DNA of 61,049 bases from NCBI GenBank assembly GCA_022813965.1, contig JALDZS010000147.1, positions 1 to 61,049 on the forward strand. The letters are read 5' to 3'. The DNA is from Toensbergia leucococca. Lineage: Eukaryota. How positions within the stretch are numbered: the stretch's first letter is position 1; every line of letters begins with the position of its first letter. The notes below the pieces were generated by a model. That model was given only the letters and a program-made list of their open reading frames with translations, had not been told where the DNA came from and did no database searches. Below, piece by piece: positions 53,523 through 61,049 of the stretch. The position numbers were made by a program, and so were the translations under genes.

Positions 53523-54918
53523 GGCAGTCTGCTTTGATGGACTTATGGCTCAAGAAAGGCAAGTCGGAAGCAGCTTTGTTTGGATACAGGTTCAAGTTAA
53601 TTGCCAACAGAAGGACTTGAGCTGGCGATGGGTAGTTGTGGTGGCTCGACGAAGAGGATTAAGAGTTTGACTCCGTGTTTTGCGTTGTAATACTGAACTT
53701 TTAGTATTGCTTGAAGTGAATGACATCAATGCCCGAACAGGTTCCAACAACCAGGGAAACTTTGTCTTGTTACCGGTAAAAAGACAGGAAGGTAAATCCC
53801 AATCGCGCGTTTCAACAGCGAAGGCACAACCTGTCTTGTCATGACAGCGCTAGCACAGCTCATTAGGGCTTCCATTCGCTAAACTCTGCTTCCATCAATT
53901 GCGAGAAAACGGTTTCCGGAAAGTGCCGTCATCATATTCGGAGAGTCTCTACTCAATACTTCCAGAACGAGACACTGCAGAGGCAGCATGAGCGGTGCAC
54001 TCCATCACCCGTCCTGTTTAGTCATGATTCCGATCATGCACTAGAAAGGTAGATCTCATGCAGAAGGAAGCAATGGGATTTGGTCCTCAGAGAAGAGCTT
54101 CAAACAGCAAGCCTTCTCGAGAGTGGTGTCCTCTATTGGCACCAAAGGGGCATATACCTACAAAACCACAGTCCCTAAGAAGAATCCCTCGGATGCATGG
54201 TGAAAGTGTAATTTTTCACTTTGGCAGAGGCTTCTCCAAGGTAAGTGGCTCCAGATGAATTGAAACTTTTCCAAAGTAGACTGACTTTAGAAAGCTTGGA
54301 GATATACCCTTTCTGCTCTGTTGGCAGCACCAGTATACAAAATTCATTCTGGTTTCTGCTTTCCAGAAGAAAGAAAGACTTAGAAGAACGTACCAGGGAT
54401 ACAACGACTGTCCAAACAAGAATGCAACGTCAAAGATGAAAGGCTAGAACAGCTGTGAGAGGAAGACATGATCGGGTTCAAGGAGAGATCCTTCAGATCG
54501 GGATTGATGCATTGCATGATCAAAGACGCCCTTCCAAAGCTCGCCTATATACGTGCGTCTGACAGTGTTCAGGTGCATGAACATGCGGAGACGATTCACG
54601 CATACCCGTAATGAGGTCAGAAGGAGTTGTGATCGATGTAGGAATGCAGGTGATTGGAGGAAGTGAGCCCCAGAGTGTGTGTGTCCTCGGTCTTTGTATT
54701 TGATTCTATTCTACGGAGGCATTATCGACCAACTCTGCATTTCTGATTTGTCATTTCATGTTTACCCCGCGGTAGAGAATACGAACTACACTCAAAGCAC
54801 TCCTCCAGTCTCATTCGGCGAGCCTGGATGTCATGCATATCACTGCTGCTTGCATGGTCTATAAATCCTCAAACCACTTCCGGGACTCTCTCGCCGCAAT
54901 GCTAATCCCCCCAACCCA

Positions 54919-56249
54919 ATGCTACGACAATTCCTAAAACCTCCCCAAACAAGACTCTCAGCTCTCCAACGCCAATTCCCCAGAACAATGGCCTCATCCA
55001 CCATCCCCAAGACAATGAAAGGCATCTTGGTCGAAAAAACCGGCGGGCCAGAAGTCTTGCAATACAAAACTGACCTGCCAGTCCCCACCCCCAGAGAAGG
55101 CGAAATCCTCGTCAAAAACGAATTCGTAGGAATAAACTTCATAGACACGTTCATTTCCCCCACCCCTCTCCCCAAATCCCCCCCCCACTGACCCTCCAAC
55201 CCTCAGCTATTTCCGCACCGGCCTCTACTCGGCACCCAAACCCGAAATCCTTGGCCGCGAAGCCTCCGGCACAATCCTCTCCCTCGGTCCTGGAAACACC
55301 CAAAACCTCTCCGTAGGCGACGAGGTAGTCTGGATAGGCGCCTCATCCTACGCCGAATACAGCGCCTGCCCTGCCGCCAGCGCCGTCAAAATCCCCGCCT
55401 CCATCACCCCCTCCGACGCCTGCGCTGCCCTCCTCCAGGGCCTCACGGCCCTAACGCTCGTGCGCGAAGCCCACAAGGTGGAGAAGGGAGACTGGGTGCT
55501 TGTGCATGCTGCTGCCGGGGGAATGGGGTTGTGGCTGTGCCAGATTTTGAGGGATATTGGGGCGCGGACGATTGGGACGGCGAGTACGGCGGAGAAAAGG
55601 GCATTGGCGCAGGAGAATGGGGCGATGGAGGTGCTGGATAGTCATGGGAGGTGGAAGGAGGAGGTTTTGGAGCTGACGGGTGGGGAGGGGGTGGCAGCAG
55701 TGTTTGATGGGGTGGGGAAGAGTACGTTTGATGAGAGCTTAGAGTGTGTGAGGCGAAAGGGCAGCATGGTCAGTTTTGGGAGCGCGAGCGGTGCGGTGCC
55801 GCCGTTTACTATTGCGTGAGTTTACCTTTCTCTTTTGTTGTTCTCCTCTCCCAACTCCTCTCTCGCATGCCTCTACCCCCCCAACCCCCTTTCCCCCCAG
55901 CCTACCTTCAGCACGAAATAAACCCCACTCACACCCACCGACCTAATACAGACGCCTCTCCGCCAAAAACATCAAGCTCGCCCGCCCCTCCCTCACAAAC
56001 TACATCGCCACGCGTGACGAGCTGGAACACTACTCCAACGAGCTCTTCCACATGATGACAGTCGACAAAATGAATGTGCAGATCCATGAGGTGTATCCCC
56101 TGCAGGATGTTGCAAGGGCGCATATGGTACGTGGTTTCCTTTCTTTGGGGGAAGGGGATGGTGTTGCTTTTTGGGGGATTGGAGCTGACTTTGGTTTTTA
56201 GGATTTGGAGGGGAGGAAGACTACTGGGAAGCTTTTGATGAGGCCGTGA
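54919..56249 (+). CDS. ZTA1: NADPH:quinone oxidoreductase, zeta-crystallin (MDR) family (4 exons)
   Basis: Motifs GGPEVL, GINFIDTYFRTGLY, LGREASG, LQGLTA, VLVHAAAGGMG, VFDGVGKSTF, SFGSASG and DLEGRKTTGKLL. Three GT-AG introns. Confidence 0.93.
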
Positions 56250-58395
56250 ATTTTACGTGCGGGAAGGAGGCGCGTTTGATTCTATTCGGCGTGCTATTGC
56301 TCTCGGTGTGAATTCGGCGGGAATCCTCTAGAATATGGTTATGGTTTTCACGTAGAAAAACCTAAGACATGGTGCATGCTCTTCGCAGAAATCCATCCCA
56401 AAATCTTGGGCATCATTCGAGTCCCATCTTTCCCCGGCATTTATGTAGCCTACTTTTCCATTCCGCCAAGGTAGCAAGCAGCGTCAATGAAATAGACGAT
56501 GATCAATTTAAAGTGAAGCAATACCTCGTTTCCAATTCAGAGCTCTATCACGGCTGCGTCGCTGGGTAATTGCCCCTGAGCGAGAGAGAGGTACATTCAA
56601 CTAAAACCGCGCTGGAACGTACCTGGAATCCATCCATCTCGGGACTGGGCGTTTAGGCTCTATTACCGTAACTTTGATGAACCTTTATGTACTCGTGGCT
56701 CAGCTAAGCGAGCTGACGGACTGGTGAACGGTGGGTACGAGTACGTTGTTTGTGCATCCTGGTCAGCGTGCTGAAAGTAGGACGATAGAGGCAACAACCA
56801 CTTATGGTCGGAAAGTTGAAGAGTAGAGTATCTGTGAAAGTTAACATATGTTGTAGGGACCTCGCTCCTTCGACCTAATATTGTCAATTGTCAAGTATCT
56901 ACCATTTGCCATCCAGGCTTTCACTTCTCGATGCGTTGACTTGTGGGGTTCCTCTCTACCACCAAGCTTTGGAAATCTTCGTTCTTATCGCCGTATTCTC
57001 CGATTTCTGATCATATCTTGCCATGTTCCACAGGCAGCCTCACTTTGGTTCCACAGGTCCCCTTCCTCGACTCCAGAATCCCACTCTACTCGGTTCCAAA
57101 CTTTCATCTTCTCTTGTTCCAAATCGCGATTCTCTCATTCGCCCCTCGCGTATCGAATTACACAAAACCTTCAACTCCCCAACACAACTAACTCGGTTGA
57201 GAACCACTATCCCTTACCTCATGCATGACCCCAAAGCCTCGGCTTGGTCGTTTGCTCACTCGCAACCCACCAATGCTCACAAACACGGCCCGGCTAAATC
57301 TTCGCAAATCACTCCCATGCAGCTCTCCCCCAGAGATACATGTAGATCAGTATTGCCGACGACGGGAAACACGGACGCTTTTGCCAGAGTAAGTTGTTTC
57401 GGTTGCGGGTGACAACTGATCGAAGGGACTGTCTCCCTTTTTGATAGCTACGAGATACTATGACGACTGGTTCAAGGAACAGGTACAATTTTGGACAGCT
57501 GTGAGAAGCCGTGGCCATTGGCTCAAGTAGACTTTGAATATTTGACAGCTGCAAGATGCCGTCACCCTGGTTGAGAATGGCCCAAGTTGTACAAAGCAAA
57601 CAATAATTCTTGCAGGATAGGTAAAGCGACAGCCTTGGCGATAGAGCATGAAATGTGATGGCGTACTCGTACTCCTTGCTTACGGAAAGGTACATATATC
57701 GGGAAGTCTCAGATCATGTGCTGTTGCTTTAAGTACGTTAGACAGCGGCTGCCCGGGTATCACGATGACTTCGAAGACAACATCTAGAAATGTGACTGGA
57801 ATCTGCCTTTATATGTTCCACACACCCATCTTCTTTTCCTTTATCCTCGGATGTTTGTCCCACATGGCGATCAACGGAAAGAGACTGGGAGGCTCACATT
57901 GTTCGTTTGGTTCCTTGTGGTGACCTCGAAAGACTGAAGCACGATCAAGGCAGTACAGCTGTTTGTTGTGTTCATCCATGTGCTTGACATGATGGATATT
58001 TTGTAAAATATCAGAATCACTTAGGTAGATTTGAGGAAATTCTAATAAGAAATGAAATGACAAACACAGGCCGGCGGTGTTTGGATCGCCGAAGAATTCA
58101 TAGGATCTTAGCAATCACGGACGATTCTAACCACGTAAATTGTAGCTCTCATTTGAAACAGGTCCTCGAAGGTTTTGTTTGCCTTTTCAGGATGACTCGA
58201 AGCAATAAATCTGAGATGAGATAAAGCTCGGTCAGATAAAGTACAGAAAGGGTACTTGTGAAAGGAGTAACGGCTAAACGCTTGACTCCATTGGTACTGC
58301 ATCGATGGTGTATAAGTCCTCGATCTGCTCGGTTTTCCGTTCGCCTCTGATATCAGCCCTAGATCTGAATCCTTCTCATCCCTCAAAATCAAATC

Positions 58396-59009
58396 ATGGC
58401 TACGGTAGGATTGCACAGAAGCGCGACCAAGGGGCAGTATATGCGAGCGATAGGTCTTGATAGTAATGAACCGTCACACGAGGCATTGTATCTGTTGATG
58501 AAGGTAATTGGCAAATGGTCGATCAGAGAACTCATTACTCACACGCTGCAGAACGAAGCCATTCGGGTCTTCAACGCTCAGATGCGCAATACTCGAGCCA
58601 CACTTCGACCGGAACACGCGAACGCTCAGCAGCCATTTGCAGCACATCAGTTCACGGAAGCAGCATTTTCTGAGGCAGTTCGGACGATTTGGGCCAACGC
58701 CTGCACAGCGACTCGACCATGGTATGAACGAGGGCGAGTACCAGGAGACAACTGGATTATTCTCTGGATGTTATACCACGTCTGTAGATACCGTGACAGT
58801 CGAAACAGTCGAGCAAGGTCATCAAACTTTCACGACGACGATAACTTAGAGCAAGTGCCAGCTGAAAGCGAGCAGAGATCAAGTAGTTCAAGACCAAGCT
58901 CTCAATTGGAATGAGCTAACGTTGTGTAGAATCGGCAGCACAGAGCAGCGTCATGAGCACCAAACGTCCAGCAGGGTTTTACGACGCAGCGAGGAACGGC
59001 TATCGTTGA
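58396..59009 (+). CDS. Small fungal hypothetical protein (probably 3 exons)
   Basis: Good start context and an in-frame intron 58504-58551. DNWIILWMLYHVCRYRD segment. A probable last intron ~58883-58929 gives the C-terminus FYDAARNGYR*. Confidence 0.65.
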
Positions 59010-59917
59010 GGCCTCGATTTGGCGAAGAATAATAGTTGAATGGGGGGTGTGAGTGGTACCATGATTGTGGAGGCTCGAGTCTCTTCGATTCTGGTATGTG
59101 TGGAGAGGATTAGTAGTCTATGGCAGCCCATTAGGTAGGTAGGCAGGTGCAGTATCTAGCGTATTAACTGGTAATTCTAGCAGAGTTTAGCCTTGACCTT
59201 TCCACCCGAAAGCTGTTTTCGAGCATAAGGCAAGGAAGATAGCAGCCATAGCAATGAAATGTATTCTGTGTTACACTCGAATACGACCAATTAGATGGTA
59301 GAGGTAGTTTGACGTTGTCTCGGATTAAGCAGAAGAGAAGAGAAGCGAGCAGAATAGAGTACGAGTACGATAGAATACTAACTTACCCTAGCGTATGAGT
59401 CACGTGCGTATTTAATACACAAAGTTTCGCATGTTTAGGGCTCGACTTTTAGTCACCTAAGGTAAGGTAGATATAAGTACCTACCCACTTACGATGAGAA
59501 GATCTCCAAAAAAAGACACTTCCTGACGCTACACCACTCTTTGCCGATTCTGTTTATGGCCTCACATTCAAGCTTGCCGCTGCTTACCAGGACACAATTG
59601 CCATCCATTGAGATCACTTAGTGCTTCCATTGCCCCAGAACTAAGCAAGCCGACTGCTACATCGATGCGCCGTGCATCCTGGCATACTATCTGGTACGGA
59701 TGAAATGAAATAGTGCCATGTGTTTGGCGGCTTCAATAGCGTAGCCGTCTCAAGTGCGCCTGGCTGATTTCCACGGGGAAGGAGGTGCGTTTCAGACATT
59801 TGCCGTCAAGTACAGTACTATCTAGTATGCATTCCTCTTGTTGCGTCTGATTCTTTCAAATGCCTTCGCTTGTGTCTTCGTCTGAAGTCCCGTTGTAGAC
59901 GTTGCCAATTTCTATTA

Positions 59918-61049
59918 TGTTTTTCTTACCATTTCCTTCTTCTGGGTCCTGGACGTCAACTTTTCTCAAGACCTACCTGCTCTTGATGTTGGTGTTCACA
60001 AACCCCTCGGAAGCTTCATCGTTAGAACGACTCAGCAAAAGGGCAGAGGTGATTGATCTTTGCTCTCCGTGCATCAACTCCCTGCAGCTAATAGTGCATT
60101 TGAGTGGGTTATTTATTGCGATCCTCACTGCGGAATACCATCCTTATACGGCGTGGGAGGTCCAATAGATCCCCTCTTGGCAGTCTACAGATCTCTCCAA
60201 GATCTTTGTACAGCATATCCAGAGGGGTTAGGGTTTTACTGCTCTCCCAATGGCGAGAAATCCTTCCATCCGCCTATCCTGCCAGAATTCATGGGATTGT
60301 CTTACGTAGCCCAGAGATGCAACGTTTGTTGCCTATGCGTGGAGCAAGGGCTGCAAGCCACAGTCCCGCCTGCAGATCCTGCAGACGTAGGCCCAAGCTG
60401 TGAGAGTGAACGCGACGCCTCCGAACAAGTCATTGCAAATGAGTGTGTTGAAGGAGACCCTTTGACGGCGGATAACATTATCTGTAGCGAGTCGGAATAC
60501 GGCAAACCAGTCAACGCCGCTTGCGTGTCAGCAATCTCAAGCATCACTACTAATATTGAAGAGCCTCTTCAAATTCGACAATTTCTGGGTATTGGCGCAC
60601 TATCAAGTCAACCTCGCAGGTACCAGACTGTGCAGACGCCTCAGTCGTATGGTTCTGGCAAGTCACTGAACCCTTCGTCTTCCGTAATGGAAGCATTTAA
60701 GGTTGCATATTATGCTAATGATCTGACTATAATTAGGCCAGTGCCATATAAGCATTCTGATACTCGATGGCGATCTTGGATCAACGGATATAGAGAGCTG
60801 GGACTTTATCCAGAAACGTGCACACGCCATAGTTAGAGAATGTGTTCAACAACGAAGGGTAGGAGGATGGACCAAAGTTGGCCTAGAATCCAAAAACATC
60901 GGCATCTTTGTCTCGGGTCCAAATGCAGCATTCGAGGATTTCCTCGCGGCCCATATTGCGTGCACGAGTGATGCCGAAGGAAACGCGCAGTGTAACCCGG
61001 ACAGCCCTGCAGCCATGAGGCCAAAACGTCCAGCCGACGGGGATTTGCA
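59918..61049 (+). pseudogene. Cys-rich secreted-type protein gene with an early frameshift; runs off the window end
   Basis: Signal-like peptide and KR site (..SLERLSKR-AEV), then a frame change at ~60064. Continues as CSESEYGKPVNAACVSAISSI, GC-AG intron 60658-60736, then GQCHISIL..SWDFIQKRAHAIVRECV..GGWTKVG. Confidence 0.6.

Noticed and set aside
49269..56249. P450 + hypothetical + oxidoreductase as a secondary metabolite cluster
   Set aside because: No PKS, NRPS or terpene backbone gene and no transporter in the window; ZTA1 and MCU are housekeeping genes.

Overview
This is eukaryotic genomic DNA from a filamentous ascomycete (Pezizomycotina). Short GT-AG introns carry CTRAC/CTAAY branch points. 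A lichen-forming or related lineage is only a guess from composition. About 20 intron-containing genes can be reconstructed: vosA (velvet), a large uncharacterised gene with one in-frame TAG, beta-carbonic anhydrase, SEC3, SRP40, a 59-aa Cys-rich ORF, an ornithine cyclodeaminase/mu-crystallin (PrnX-like) gene, a DUF7730-like gene, BRAP2/ETP1, a 5-unit polyubiquitin, a Zn2Cys6 factor, RAM1, a mini dsRBD protein, a TMA23-like G-patch protein, MCU, a P450, ZTA1, hypotheticals and two disrupted Cys-patterned secreted-type genes. I saw no tRNA, rRNA, CRISPR or intact transposon. The most unusual signal is about 18 short domains that switch sharply from C/A-rich to G/T-rich on the + strand regardless of gene orientation. 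Other points of interest are a lone editable UAG in an otherwise intact ~1,147-codon gene, a carbonic anhydrase intron that reads as a mitochondrial-like presequence if retained, and the MCU selectivity filter split by a GC-AG intron and a 12-nt micro-exon. All gene models were read by eye and no database searches were run.
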